From Candidatus Latescibacterota bacterium (GTDB taxonomy: Bacteria; Latescibacterota; UBA2968; UBA8231), in contig CBDBIJ010000027.1 of the NCBI GenBank assembly GCA_965205655.1, positions 1 through 29,783 on the forward strand: 29,783 nt of DNA, given 5' to 3'. Under the pieces are notes generated by a model. The model did no database searches. It was not told the DNA's origin and was given only the letters and a program-made list of their open reading frames with translations. Each line of letters opens with the position of its first letter. The first letter of the stretch is position 1. A program made the translations under genes and the position numbers. Positions 1 through 9,747 of the stretch are shown piece after piece.

Positions 1-1313
1 AGATCCAACGCCTCTTCCTGCGTCGTCACCCGCCCCTCGAGCTGCGCGTCCTCAATCCGCCCGAGAATCTCCTTGAACCTCAGCCCCGGCGCGTATCCCA
101 TCTCGATCAGGTCGTCGCCGCTCAACAGCCTCACAGGTCGCAATTCCCCCTCGCCGACCTCGCCCAGTTTCTGTCTGCAGAAATCGTATAGATCGAGCTT
201 TCCGTGGCTCGCGGAGCAGTCGATTCTGTGCAACTCGAGCAACTCCATGAAGTGTGGCTCTCGCAGGAAGCGCTTGAGCTTGCTCTCCCGCATCTCCCGC
301 ACGTGCCTGAACCTCATGTGCTCCGCCGTCAGCTGGCTGATCTTCTGTGTCGCCTCGTTCGACATGCGCAGCCTGCGACAGATCTCTGCGGCCATCTGCG
401 CACCGATTGCATCGTGACCATTGAAGCGGATTCTGTCCGCCACCGTATAGGTCGAGGGCTTGCCGATGTCGTGCAGCAGCACCCCCCACGCCAGGGTCTC
501 GCTGGCATCCTCCTCGAGCTGTTGCAGCATCAGCTTCACGTGCGTCCACACGTCCCCTTCCGGATGGTGTTCCGGCGCTTGCGGCACCCCGTCCATGGCC
601 GCGACCTCCGGCAAGAGATGCGCCATCAGCCCCGTATTCATCAGCAGCGCCATGCCGCGCGCGGCCCCTCCCTCCGTGAGAATGAGGGTCAGCTCATCTT
701 TGATGCGCTCCGCGCTCGTGTGTCGAATATTCTCGGCGCTCGCCTGGATCGCCTCGAAGGTCGCCGCTTCGATCTCGAATCCGAGCCGGGCGGCGAAGCG
801 CACTGCCCGCAGCATTCGCAGGTAATCCTCCTCGAACCGCTCGCCCGGCTCACCGATGGCCCGCACCAGCCGTGCCTCGATATCGCGGCGCCCGTCGACA
901 TAGTCGATGATGCCGGAAGCATCCAGGGAGTCGTCGCAGTTAATCTCATAAAACATCCCGTTGATGGTGAAGTCGCGGCGTTTTGCGTCCGCCTCCGGCT
1001 CGGCGAACTCCACCGATTCCGGGTGGCGCCCGTCGCGATACCGACCCTCGGTGCGGAAGCGCGCCACCTCGTACTGCCCGTCCCCCTCAACGATCACCGA
1101 GACGATGCCGAACTCGATTCCCACGGCCACCGTCCTCTCGAACAATTCCTGCACTTCCTCTGGCGCGGCGTCGGTGGCGATGTCGAAGTCCTTCGGCTCG
1201 AGCCCCATGATCAGATCGCGAACACAGCCGCCCGCCAGATACGCCACGTGCCCCTCGCGGCGCAGCGTCTGCACGATCTGGAGAGCACCTTCTCTTATCG
1301 CAGATCTATCCAT
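1..1313 (-). CDS. cca: CCA tRNA nucleotidyltransferase / poly(A) polymerase family with HD domain; 3' end runs off the window
   Basis: Not in the ORF track because it has no stop in the window. Manual translation from ATG 1313 gives MDRSAIREGALQIVQTLRREGHVAYLAGGCVRDLIMGLEPKDFDIAT, then RRDFTING, EDYLRMLRA, LLHDIGKP, and the C-terminal LLSGDDLIEMGYAPGLRFKEIL. Confidence 0.92.
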   Translation of the reverse strand, partial: MDRSAIREGALQIVQTLRREGHVAYLAGGCVRDLIMGLEPKDFDIATDAAPEEVQELFERTVAVGIEFGIVSVIVEGDGQYEVARFRTEGRYRDGRHPESVEFAEPEADAKRRDFTINGMFYEINCDDSLDASGIIDYVDGRRDIEARLVRAIGEPGERFEEDYLRMLRAVRFAARLGFEIEAATFEAIQASAENIRHTSAERIKDELTLILTEGGAARGMALLMNTGLMAHLLPEVAAMDGVPQAPEHHPEGDVWTHVKLMLQQLEEDASETLAWGVLLHDIGKPSTYTVADRIRFNGHDAIGAQMAAEICRRLRMSNEATQKISQLTAEHMRFRHVREMRESKLKRFLREPHFMELLELHRIDCSASHGKLDLYDFCRQKLGEVGEGELRPVRLLSGDDLIEMGYAPGLRFKEILGRIEDAQLEGRVTTQEEALD

Positions 1314-1317
1314 TTCG

Positions 1318-1346
1318 TTGACAATTCGGGCACTGGTAAATACTCT
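1318..1346 (+). promoter_or_regulatory. Putative sigma-70 promoter for purH
   Basis: TTGACA (1318-1323), 17-bp spacer, TACTCT (1341-1346); a GGAG RBS precedes ATG 1382. Confidence 0.5.
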
Positions 1347-1381
1347 GTACGTGCCCTTGAAAAAACGATTGGAGTAAGTAG

Positions 1382-1975
1382 ATGACGAAAGCTCGCAGGG
1401 CCCTCATCAGCACTTCGGACCGAACCGCGCTCCCCGAATTCGCCCTCGGTCTCGACAACCTGGGGATCGAAATCCTCAGCACCGGCGGAACCGGCGCTTA
1501 CATCCGGGAGCTGGAAATCACTGTCACCGAGGTCGCCGAAGTAACCGGCTTCCCGGAGATCATGGACGGGCGGGTGAAGACGCTGCACCCGCGTATTCAC
1601 GGCGGCCTGCTCGCCGTGCGCTCGAATGCGGAGCACATGTCCACGATCGCCGAGCACGGCATCGAGCCGATCGACATCGTCTGCGTCAACCTCTACCCGT
1701 TCGAGGACACGATCGCGCGGCCCGATTGCATTCTGTCGGAAGCCATCGAGCAGATCGACATCGGGGGGCCCGCCATGTTGCGCTCGGCCGCCAAGAATTG
1801 CGAGTCCATCTACGTGATCAGCTCACCCACCCAGTACGAGGAGACGCTCCGGCGCCTTCGCGCCGACGACTGCGCCATCGACCCGGCCTACGGTCGCAGG
1901 CTCGCCCTCGAAGTCTACCGGCTCACGTCGCACTACGACGGCGCCATCAGCAACTATCTGGCGGGTCAGGTCTAG
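1382..1975 (+). CDS. purH: IMP cyclohydrolase (N-terminal MGS-like domain of PurH only, 197 aa)
   Basis: Motifs RALIS, STGGT, TGFPEIMDGRVKTLHPRIHGGLL, VNLYPF, IDIGGPAMLRSAAKN and YDGAISNYL. No AICAR transformylase domain follows. Confidence 0.9.
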   Translation: MTKARRALISTSDRTALPEFALGLDNLGIEILSTGGTGAYIRELEITVTEVAEVTGFPEIMDGRVKTLHPRIHGGLLAVRSNAEHMSTIAEHGIEPIDIVCVNLYPFEDTIARPDCILSEAIEQIDIGGPAMLRSAAKNCESIYVISSPTQYEETLRRLRADDCAIDPAYGRRLALEVYRLTSHYDGAISNYLAGQV

Positions 1976-3393
1976 CAGCCCGTGGCTAAAGCCTCGTTTG
2001 GGAAGATTTGGGGTGGCCTGAGATTCGTGGTGCGAGTTGCCGCCAATGGCGACGAAAATCGAGCAGTGCCCGAGAGTTGAACCACGGGCGGCGACAAAGC
2101 GCGCCAAGGCGCGAAAACCTGAGTGATGAGAGACGAAATGAGGGAAAACGCCTCCCTCATACCCCTCGGAGTGCCCGCACCGAAGAGGGTGCGCATGAGG
2201 AGGCCGAAATTGCAGCCGCACACGTGAATGACGAGGCGTTTGAGGATGTTTTGTCGGCCCCGAAGAAACAGCCGTCGCATACCGCCGGTTTCGAACAGAT
2301 GAGCATACGGGCGTTCGAGCAGCTCGCCGCGCTTACGCCGCAGCGCCTGCCCGCGGTTGCCGCGAATGCGTCGGCGATTGGCATACACCGCCTGTTGTGC
2401 TTCCGCTTTGTCCTTCCAATCTCGACGCCCGCGATCCGGTTCGGAAATGTAGCTGCGAATGGCACTGGCTTTGAGATCGACCAGCACCTCGTTGCTGTGA
2501 TACCCCTTGTCGGTGACGACTTCCGACAACGGTTTGGGATGCAGATGCTTCCTGGCCTCGGGATCCTGCGACACGGCCTCCACGTTCAATTCGGTTCGCA
2601 CCAGCATCCACGGCAGCGATTCGGTGTCGCCTTCATCGGCACTCGGCAGACTCACGGCGACGATCGCCTGGGTGTCCATGTCCACCGCCGTCTCCACCTT
2701 GTGCGCCAGATGGGTGCGACGATCCTTCGTCTTGGTAATGCGGGCATCCGGATCGTGCGGGTGTTCCCAGTCCTTATTGGACGCTTTCTTCGGGCGCTTC
2801 TTGTCGATTCTGGCCAGATCCTCTCGCGTTGGCGTCTCGATGCCCGAGGCCTTGGCCAACTTCGTGAGAAACTCCTCGTAACTTTCGCCCGTGTCCCGGC
2901 GCACGATGCTGCGCATGGCGGCGTTGGCATCCAGCGTCGTGGCGTCGACGCCCAGCGTCTTCCCCTTCAGCAGGTTCGATGTGGCCAGCACCTTCAACAC
3001 CCACTCGAAGACCTCATGATGCGTCTGGAAGTCGATCAGCCGGCGCGTGCGAGACACCGTCGAATGATCGGGCGTAGCCTTGTCGAGCTCGTAGCCGAGG
3101 AATGCCCGCAACGACAGCGAATCGGCGACGCGCCAGGCGATCTCACGCTCCGAGTCGATGCCCTCGAAATAGCCGATCATGAGCAGGCGGAAATAGACCC
3201 CGGGCGGGATGCCGGGCCGACCGACGCCCTCGGCGTAAAACGTCGTGCACCGCTCTTCCACAAACTCGTCGAATCCGTGCTTGTCCAGCACCTCATTCAA
3301 TCTCTTGTAAAAAGGATGTCCCGGAGCCCTCAGGTGCTGCGTCGCCACCCACAGCTGAGCTTGGCTCGCGCGCTTCCGTTTTCCCAACGCCAT
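1972..3393 (-). CDS. DDE transposase, IS1182-like (DUF772-type N-terminus), 473 aa
   Basis: Motifs GRPGIPP, SEREIAWRVADSLSLRAFLG, PDHSTVSRTRR, VDATTLDANA, DPDAR, TDKGYHS and RRKRGELLERPYAHL. Confidence 0.92.
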   Translation of the reverse strand: MALGKRKRASQAQLWVATQHLRAPGHPFYKRLNEVLDKHGFDEFVEERCTTFYAEGVGRPGIPPGVYFRLLMIGYFEGIDSEREIAWRVADSLSLRAFLGYELDKATPDHSTVSRTRRLIDFQTHHEVFEWVLKVLATSNLLKGKTLGVDATTLDANAAMRSIVRRDTGESYEEFLTKLAKASGIETPTREDLARIDKKRPKKASNKDWEHPHDPDARITKTKDRRTHLAHKVETAVDMDTQAIVAVSLPSADEGDTESLPWMLVRTELNVEAVSQDPEARKHLHPKPLSEVVTDKGYHSNEVLVDLKASAIRSYISEPDRGRRDWKDKAEAQQAVYANRRRIRGNRGQALRRKRGELLERPYAHLFETGGMRRLFLRGRQNILKRLVIHVCGCNFGLLMRTLFGAGTPRGMREAFSLISSLITQVFAPWRALSPPVVQLSGTARFSSPLAATRTTNLRPPQIFPNEALATGC

Positions 3394-3485
3394 GACAGCA
3401 TCTCCCCTGCAAGGTTGATGCTCAAAGGTAAGGAGAGGCTCCTCATCCGCGCCGCAAGAAAATCACCGACTTTCACCACATGCTG
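1976..3485 (-). mobile_element. Complete IS1182-like insertion sequence (1510 bp) with CTAG target-site duplication
   Basis: CTAG at 1972-1975 and at 3486-3489. Imperfect terminal inverted repeats CAGCCCGTGGCTAAAG vs (reverse complement) CAGCATGTGGTGAAAG, 12/16 identical. Contains a single transposase ORF. Confidence 0.88.
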
Positions 3486-3492
3486 CTAGGAC

Positions 3493-4714
3493 CTACAGAA
3501 TATCCTCGGCGTGCTCGGCGAGGTGCTCTTCGAGCGCCGCCATGCCGGCGCTCGGATCGACTTTGACGCCCTGCTTGGCAACCGCCACACCGAGGGCGTG
3601 CAGCGTGCGGAACAAATTCGGCGCCCGGCACTGTTCCCCCATCTGACCGATGCGCACGATGTCGAGGCCGAAGGCCCCCGATATCTGCACCTTGAACATC
3701 CGCCGCATGTAGCTGCGCGTCTCCTCGCCGTCCACTCCCTCGGGAATATCGATCGCCACCACCGAGTTGAGTCGGTGCTCCGGCGGCACTGACAGCTTCA
3801 GTCCCAGTGCCGCGATGCCGGCCTGCAGCGCCAGCGGAGCTGTGCAGGTGACGCTCGAACCGCCGCTCCAGCGTCTCCTCGGAGATGAGCCGCAGCGCCT
3901 CGTGCAGCGCCAGCAGTCCCGGTACCGGCGCCGTATAGTGATACTCGTGTTCGCCCCAGAACCGCTGCGCCCGCATCACGTCCAGGCACCAGTGCGGCTT
4001 GATGCTCGGCCGCTCCTCGATGGCTCTCCACGCCGCATCCGAAAACGCGATCAGAGACACCCCCGGCAGCGATGACAGTCCCTTCTGACTGCCCGTCATC
4101 ACCACCTCGATGCCCCACTCGTCCTTCTTGAGCGGCATCGTGCTGAGCGTGCACACCGCATCCACCACCGTCAGGGCACCGTGCTCCCTGCACAACTCGA
4201 CGATCCGCCGCAACTCCGCCGTCAACACGCCGCACGACGTCTCCCCCTGCACCATGGTCACCAGATCGTAGCTCTTCTCGCGCAGGCGCTCCTCCACCAT
4301 GGCGGCCGTGACAGGCTTTCCCTCGGGTGACTCGACGACGTCCACCGAGGCCCCCACACCCTCGGCCATTTCTGCGAAGCGGCCGCTGAAGTAGCCGTTC
4401 TTAAGCACCAGCGCCGACCTTCCCGGCCACAGCAGGTTGGCCATGGCCATCTCCATGGCCGCCGATGCCGGTCCCGACACTCCGAGAATCTTGTCGTCTC
4501 TGGTCTGGAAGGAGTAGCGCGTCATCTCCTTAATGTGTCGCAGCAGCATGTTCATGCTCTCGCCCACGTGGTCGATGACGAGGCCACCGGCTCGCGCCAC
4601 CTCGGCCGGCACCGGGACGGGACCCGCCGTCATCAGAAGCAGCGGCTCGGCCGGCAGAAGCTGAGCCAGCGGCGGCATCGTGGGGTGCGGAATGCTGCGA
4701 TCTATGGGGTTCAC
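3493..4714 (-). pseudogene. Class V PLP aminotransferase (alanine-glyoxylate / serine-pyruvate family), frameshifted at ~3835-3837
   Basis: Motifs AGPVPVP, VQGETSCG, VDAVCTL, TGSQKGL (PLP Lys) and YHYTAP. The family-like C-terminus (LALQAGIAALGL..VPPEHRLNSVVAI..VRIGQMG) lies in another frame ending at TAG 3493. A GTG start at 4714 overlaps the gmhA stop (alternative ATG at 4678). Either a real lesion or a sequencing error. Confidence 0.85.
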
Positions 4715-5274
4715 AGCGGCGCTTCCATGAAGTAGTAGCACGTCAGGTGCATGAGCACGGTGTGGATGTCCTCCACCCTGCCCATGTGATGGCTGGACGC
4801 AACGATCGCCACATCGACCATAGCCGCCAGCTCACCGCCGTCGAATCCGGTCCAGCCGATCGTCTTCATCCCCTTCTCACGGGCCACCGCCACGGCGTTG
4901 AGAACGTTGCGGCTGTTCCCCGACCCCGAGATGGCGATCAGCAGGTCGCCCGACTGCCCGAGGTTGCGCAGCTGCTCCGAAAAGATGGACTCGTAGTCGA
5001 CGTCGTTCGCCAGCGCCGTCATCCACGCCACGTTGTCGGTGAGCGCCGTCACCCTGAACCGCTGATCTTGGGGACGTCCGTAGCTGGCGCCTTTGCCCAG
5101 ATCGTTGGCCATGTGGCTGGCCGTCGCCGCGCTGCCGCCGTTGCCGCACAGAAAGATCTGCCGCCCGGCGCTCCGCGTCTCCTCCACCATGTCGCGGCAC
5201 TTCACCACGAGCGACATATCGAGCCCGTCGAGCGCGCTCCTGAGATCCTGCATGTATTTCTGTGTGTGATCCAC
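4711..5274 (-). CDS. gmhA: SIS-domain phosphoheptose isomerase
   Basis: Motifs CGNGGSAATASHM, TALANDVDYESIFSEQL, GDLLIAISGSGNSRNV and RVEDIH. Confidence 0.85.
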   Translation of the reverse strand: MDHTQKYMQDLRSALDGLDMSLVVKCRDMVEETRSAGRQIFLCGNGGSAATASHMANDLGKGASYGRPQDQRFRVTALTDNVAWMTALANDVDYESIFSEQLRNLGQSGDLLIAISGSGNSRNVLNAVAVAREKGMKTIGWTGFDGGELAAMVDVAIVASSHHMGRVEDIHTVLMHLTCYYFMEAPL

Positions 5275-5283
5275 GAGTCGCTT

Positions 5284-6693
5284 TCAGATGTTTACCGCTT
5301 CACCGAACGCCACTCCCGCCGCTTCCATCACAGACTCGGACAACGTCGGATGGGAGTGGATGGTGTTGAGAAGCTCCTCGTAGGTCGCCTCCAGCGTCTT
5401 CGCCAGGCCGATCTCGGCGATCAGCTCGGTTGCCTCGGAGCCGATGATGGAGGCACCCAGGAGCTCGCCGTACTCGGCGCCGAACACGAGCTTTACCAGC
5501 CCCTCCGTTTCGCCGATAGCGCGCGCCTTGCCGCTCGCCGACATGGGGAAGCGCCCCACCTTCACGTCGTGCCCCGCCTCCTTGGCCTGCGTCTCCGTCA
5601 AGCCGACGCTGGCCACCTGTGGCTGGCAATAGGTGCAGCTCGGGATGTTGGCGTAGTCGATCTCGGGGCGTTCCTTGCCGGCCATGAACTCCACCGCCGC
5701 GATCGCCTCGGCCGAAGCCGCGTGAGCCAGCTGCGGCGCCCCCACCACGTCGCCGATGGCGTACACCCCCTTCACACTCGTCTCCATCCGCCCGTTCACC
5801 TCGACGCCTCCCTTGTGACACTTCACCGTAGCCGCCTCCAGGCCGAGGTCCTCGGTGTTTCCCACCACACCGACCGCCATCAGAACCTTGTCGGCGGAGA
5901 TCGATTGACTCTTACCGCCGTTTTTCTCGATGGTCACGCTCATCTTCTTCCCCTTCGTTCCCACCTTCGACACCATCACCCCGGTGCGCACGTCGATTCC
6001 CTGCCCGCTCAGGCTCTCGGCCAGCAACCCGGCGACCTCCTCGTCCTCCCGTGGCAACACCTGATTCTCGCCTTCCAGCAGCGTAACCTTGCAGCCAAAA
6101 CTGTTGAAGAAGTAGGCGAACTCGACCCCGATGGCGCCCGCCCCGATGATGGCCATCGACTTCGGCAGTTCGTCCAGCACCATCGCCTCCTTGCTCGAGA
6201 TGACGTTTTCTCCGTCGATCTCGACTCCTGGAATCGACTGCGGCCGGCCGCCTGTGGCCAGCAGGACGTTCTTCGGGTTGAGCTTTTGCGTCATCGTGGC
6301 CGGTACGAACAGGTCCACCTGCTTGTCGAAGGTGACTCGCCCTCGCCCTTTCAGCACCTCCACCGAGTTCTTCGACATGAGGTACTCCACGCCGCTCGCC
6401 AGTCCCCCGGCGATCTCCCGGCTGCGAGCGACGATCTTGCCCCAGTCGAAGCTCACCTCCTTCGCCGACAGCCCGAACTCGTCAGCCCGTTGGAACAGCC
6501 GGTAGATCTCGGCCTGCTTGAGAAGGGCCTTCGTCGGAATGCAGCCCCAGTTCAGACAGACGCCGCCCAGATTCTCCGCTTCCTCCACGATCGCGACCTT
6601 CATGCCGAGCTGGGCCGCCCGTATCGCCGCCGTGTACCCGCCCGGACCGCTTCCGATTACTATGAGATCGTGTCTGCTGCTTGTCTGCGCCAT
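5284..6693 (-). CDS. lpdA: Dihydrolipoyl dehydrogenase
   Basis: Motifs GSGPGGY, GGVCLNWGCIPTK (redox disulfide), GAGAIGVE, YAIGD and IHSHPTLSE. Confidence 0.96.
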   Translation of the reverse strand: MAQTSSRHDLIVIGSGPGGYTAAIRAAQLGMKVAIVEEAENLGGVCLNWGCIPTKALLKQAEIYRLFQRADEFGLSAKEVSFDWGKIVARSREIAGGLASGVEYLMSKNSVEVLKGRGRVTFDKQVDLFVPATMTQKLNPKNVLLATGGRPQSIPGVEIDGENVISSKEAMVLDELPKSMAIIGAGAIGVEFAYFFNSFGCKVTLLEGENQVLPREDEEVAGLLAESLSGQGIDVRTGVMVSKVGTKGKKMSVTIEKNGGKSQSISADKVLMAVGVVGNTEDLGLEAATVKCHKGGVEVNGRMETSVKGVYAIGDVVGAPQLAHAASAEAIAAVEFMAGKERPEIDYANIPSCTYCQPQVASVGLTETQAKEAGHDVKVGRFPMSASGKARAIGETEGLVKLVFGAEYGELLGASIIGSEATELIAEIGLAKTLEATYEELLNTIHSHPTLSESVMEAAGVAFGEAVNI

Positions 6694-6723
6694 CGATATC
6701 GTCCGCTCTGAGTATGAGTTGAA

Positions 6724-6753
6724 TTGACAGCTGAATTGCAGGAACCTTAATGT
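6724..6753 (+). promoter_or_regulatory. Possible sigma-70 promoter for rnhA in the AT-rich divergent lpdA/rnhA spacer
   Basis: TTGACA (6724-6729), 18-bp spacer, TAATGT. Further -10-like hexamers TATACT and TATAAC lie at 6779-6794. Confidence 0.35.
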
Positions 6754-6801
6754 AGGAAGAAGCTGTCTTATATCAATTTATACTACCCTATAACTGCCCT
6801 A

Positions 6802-7257
6802 TTGACTGCCTCGGTAACGATCTACAGCGACGGCGCCTGTTCCGGCAACCCCGGCCCCGGGGGCTGGGCCGCCCGTATCCTCTACGAAGACGGTCGCATC
6901 TGCGAGCTGGGCGGGGACGCCCCCGACACCACCAACAATCGCATGGAGCTGCAGGCCGCCATCGAGGGCCTGAAGGCCGTCACGGAGGCGTCCGAAGTCC
7001 GCCTCGTCACCGACAGCGAGTATGTGCGCAAGGGAATAACCGAATGGATTCACGGCTGGAAGCACCGCAACTGGCGCACCGCCGCGAAGAAACCGGTTCT
7101 CAATCAGGATCTGTGGATGGAGCTCGACCGCCTCAGCGACAGCCGCGTGACCTGGAGGTACACGAAGGGGCACGACGGCGATCCCGACAACGAGCGCTGC
7201 GACGAGATCGCCCAGGCCTTTTCCCGAGGAGAGAGCCCCTTCCTCGAGGAGTGTTAG
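6802..7257 (+). CDS. rnhA: Ribonuclease HI
   Basis: Motifs YSDGACSGNPGPGGW, TTNNRMELQAAI, TDSEYV, WKHRNW, NQDLW and KGH..DPDNERCD; TTG start. Confidence 0.95.
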   Translation: MTASVTIYSDGACSGNPGPGGWAARILYEDGRICELGGDAPDTTNNRMELQAAIEGLKAVTEASEVRLVTDSEYVRKGITEWIHGWKHRNWRTAAKKPVLNQDLWMELDRLSDSRVTWRYTKGHDGDPDNERCDEIAQAFSRGESPFLEEC

Positions 7258-8037
7258 TCAGAGCCAGCCTCTGATCCAGTATACCACCCACCCCACGTAT
7301 TCCTTCACCGCTCGCGACGAGTACTTCATCGCCTCGGCGCTGGGAAGAATTCTTTGCAGACCGAACGGTCTCGGGACTACCTCGATGTCGGCCGGTGCAG
7401 GCGTCACTGCGAAGCCCTGCTTTTCGAAGCAACCCACCGCCCGCCACATGTGACTGGCTGAAGTGACGAGGAGGATCCGCGAGGCCGCGTGTTTGTCCAG
7501 CCGTTGCTTCACGTACACCGCGTTCTCGAAGGTGTTTCTCGATTTCGACTCTACGAGCAGCTGCTGCTGATCGATGCCGCCGTATTCCCGCACCAGGTCG
7601 CGCAGCCGTTCACCCTCTGTGATTTCGGAGCCGGTCAACGACGGGATGGTACCGCCGCTGACGACGAGTATCGGCGCCTTGCCCGCCTTGTACAGCCTCA
7701 TGCCTTCCAGCAACCTGTCGAACCCCGAATTGACGTCGGCGCTCTGACGCGGCGGAATCTTTGCGCCTGTGACGCCTCCCAGAACGACGATCGCTTCCGC
7801 TTCGTCGTATTCGGAGACCGGCTTGGCGGAGTGGTCGTTTTCCAGGGATCCCAGCATGGCGTCGGCGATGATCGGGTTGCTGCAGCTGACCACCACGGCG
7901 ATGCCGGCCACGCCGCAGCGCATCGACCACGCGACTCGCTGGCGCCAGTAGAGCACGGCGGCGGCGATCCACAGCAGGCAACTCAGGCCCAGGGGTGAGA
8001 TGAGAGGCGTGAGCGTCTTCGACAATACCGCGAACAC
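7258..8037 (-). CDS. YdcF/ElyC/SanA (DUF218) family membrane protein
   Basis: Two N-terminal TM segments, AIVVLGG, DRL, VSGG, ESKSRNTFENA, LVTSASHMWRA and KEYVG. Confidence 0.9.
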   Translation of the reverse strand: MFAVLSKTLTPLISPLGLSCLLWIAAAVLYWRQRVAWSMRCGVAGIAVVVSCSNPIIADAMLGSLENDHSAKPVSEYDEAEAIVVLGGVTGAKIPPRQSADVNSGFDRLLEGMRLYKAGKAPILVVSGGTIPSLTGSEITEGERLRDLVREYGGIDQQQLLVESKSRNTFENAVYVKQRLDKHAASRILLVTSASHMWRAVGCFEKQGFAVTPAPADIEVVPRPFGLQRILPSAEAMKYSSRAVKEYVGWVVYWIRGWL

Positions 8038-8040
8038 TCG

Positions 8041-9747
8041 TCAGCCTCCGTACAGGACCTGCATATTCTCCTCCACTCTCCTCGTCCGCTCGGCTGCGGG
8101 CAGATCTTCGAGCGAGCCCATGGCGCGATAGAACTCCTCGCCGTACTCCCTCGTCTTTATGACCACCGGCATCGGCACCGCGTGCCCGATGATAAGGGCC
8201 TGCTGCTTCGAGTCCAGGCTCGCCAGTACGCTGCGCAGACCCTCGGTGCCGTTGACCCCCGTCAGCACGGCGCTGATATCCTTTTCGTCATTGAGCAAAG
8301 CCGTGATCCGTGTTCCGAGCTGGGACAGCACCTCGTCGTCGATTCCGGATGGGCGCTGATCGACGATCAGCAGGGACACGTAGTACTTGCGCATCTCCCT
8401 GGCGATCGTTCCGAAGATCGTCTGTTTCGCGGCGCTGGCGTTCAGGAATTTGTGCGCCTCCTCGATCGTGATCATCAGCTGACGCGGCTTGTCCTCCGGC
8501 CGCTGCGTGGCGTAGAATTTCTCGCTCTTCTTCACGTACATCTCGTGAATCCGTCGCGCGATGATATTCGCTACCAAAAGGTAACAGAGCATGCTCGTCT
8601 GCTGCCCGAATTCGAGCACGACATTCGTTCCTCGGTCGAGAAACTCCATGATGCGGTCCACCACATCGCCCCCCTCCGATTTCGCCACCATGAAGGGGAA
8701 GCTCTCAAGCCGCTTGAGCTTGCGGTGCAGGGCCACTAGCGATCCGGGATGGGCCCCGATCTCATTGGCGAACTCCTCTACATCGGGGCCGTCCAGACTC
8801 AGCAGCGTCCTCAGCCAGCGCTCCTTGTAGAGGGCGTACACCAGATAGGCCGACTCCACCGCCGTGGGGTTCAGCTTCAACTCTTCCTGGAGCGGGGCGA
8901 TATCCTCCACCAGAATCTGGTCGTAGCCGATGTAGACCTCGAAGTCCGGTTGAATCCCACGGGCGCGTGTCGACTTCGGATCGAGGGAGAAGATAGCCAC
9001 TCGTTCCCCGAAAAGCTGCTTCAGCCCCTTCACGAATGACGAATTCTCGCCCGCCGTCTCCTTCATCGCCTTGAAACCGTATTCGTTGTGCATGTCGAAG
9101 ATGAGGTTGACGGCGCGGTCGAAGTGGATGAGACCGCACAGCGCCAGACGGGTGAGGAACGACTTGCCGGTCCCCGTCTTGCCGAAGATGCCGTTGCTGC
9201 GCTCGGCGAAGCGCAGCATATCGACGCACACCGGCGTCTCCATGTCGAGCGGACTGCCGAGATTGAAATAGCGCCGCTGGCCGTCCTCTTCGATGCCGAA
9301 AATTCTCCCCACGTCCTCCTCCTCGGCTTCCACAACCATCGAAAAGTGGCTGGGAATCGCCTTCACCGGCCGCGGCCCGTCGTCGGCCGCGGCGGCTCCC
9401 TCCCTCCCCATCCACTTGGGCATCATCAGCATCGGACGCATGGCCACGATGTTGTAGGTATTCGTGCCGTTCAACACCTGTCGCAGCAGGTCGTCGCCGC
9501 GCTCCGGAGGGTGCAGCAGGATCTCCTGATTCGTCGCGTCCAACCTCATGTCCGTCACCATGGAGAAGAAGTCGTTCTTGTCCCCTTCTATGACGACGAA
9601 CTTGCCAGCCTTCATGTCCTCTACGCTGCGCGCCGGGTCGAGCTTCATCTCGAGCCCCTCCGCCAGCGACCCCCTGGTGATGACGCCCAGGCGGCCACCC
9701 CGCCCAGAGGTGCTCGCTCTCCTCTTCCCGTTGCTCTTGCTCCTCAC
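8041..9747 (-). CDS. herA: HerA-family ATPase/helicase (HAS barrel + DUF87)
   Basis: Walker A GKTGTGKS, FDMHNEYG, Walker B ITIEEAH, IAREMRKY and DQRPS. Start placed at GTG 9747, overlapping the upstream stop (GTGA), rather than at the track's 9993. Confidence 0.9.
   Translation of the reverse strand: MRSKSNGKRRASTSGRGGRLGVITRGSLAEGLEMKLDPARSVEDMKAGKFVVIEGDKNDFFSMVTDMRLDATNQEILLHPPERGDDLLRQVLNGTNTYNIVAMRPMLMMPKWMGREGAAAADDGPRPVKAIPSHFSMVVEAEEEDVGRIFGIEEDGQRRYFNLGSPLDMETPVCVDMLRFAERSNGIFGKTGTGKSFLTRLALCGLIHFDRAVNLIFDMHNEYGFKAMKETAGENSSFVKGLKQLFGERVAIFSLDPKSTRARGIQPDFEVYIGYDQILVEDIAPLQEELKLNPTAVESAYLVYALYKERWLRTLLSLDGPDVEEFANEIGAHPGSLVALHRKLKRLESFPFMVAKSEGGDVVDRIMEFLDRGTNVVLEFGQQTSMLCYLLVANIIARRIHEMYVKKSEKFYATQRPEDKPRQLMITIEEAHKFLNASAAKQTIFGTIAREMRKYYVSLLIVDQRPSGIDDEVLSQLGTRITALLNDEKDISAVLTGVNGTEGLRSVLASLDSKQQALIIGHAVPMPVVIKTREYGEEFYRAMGSLEDLPAAERTRRVEENMQVLYGG

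Noticed and set aside
204..1385. 393-aa plus-strand ORF
   Set aside because: Antisense shadow of cca, which carries all the family motifs on the minus strand.
2008..3489. 493-aa plus-strand ORF spanning the IS
   Set aside because: Antisense shadow of the transposase with no recognisable motifs.
4747..6711. 654-aa plus-strand ORF (similarly 12534-13604, 16621-18093 and 19622-21262)
   Set aside because: Antisense shadows of well-supported genes, expected in GC-rich DNA.
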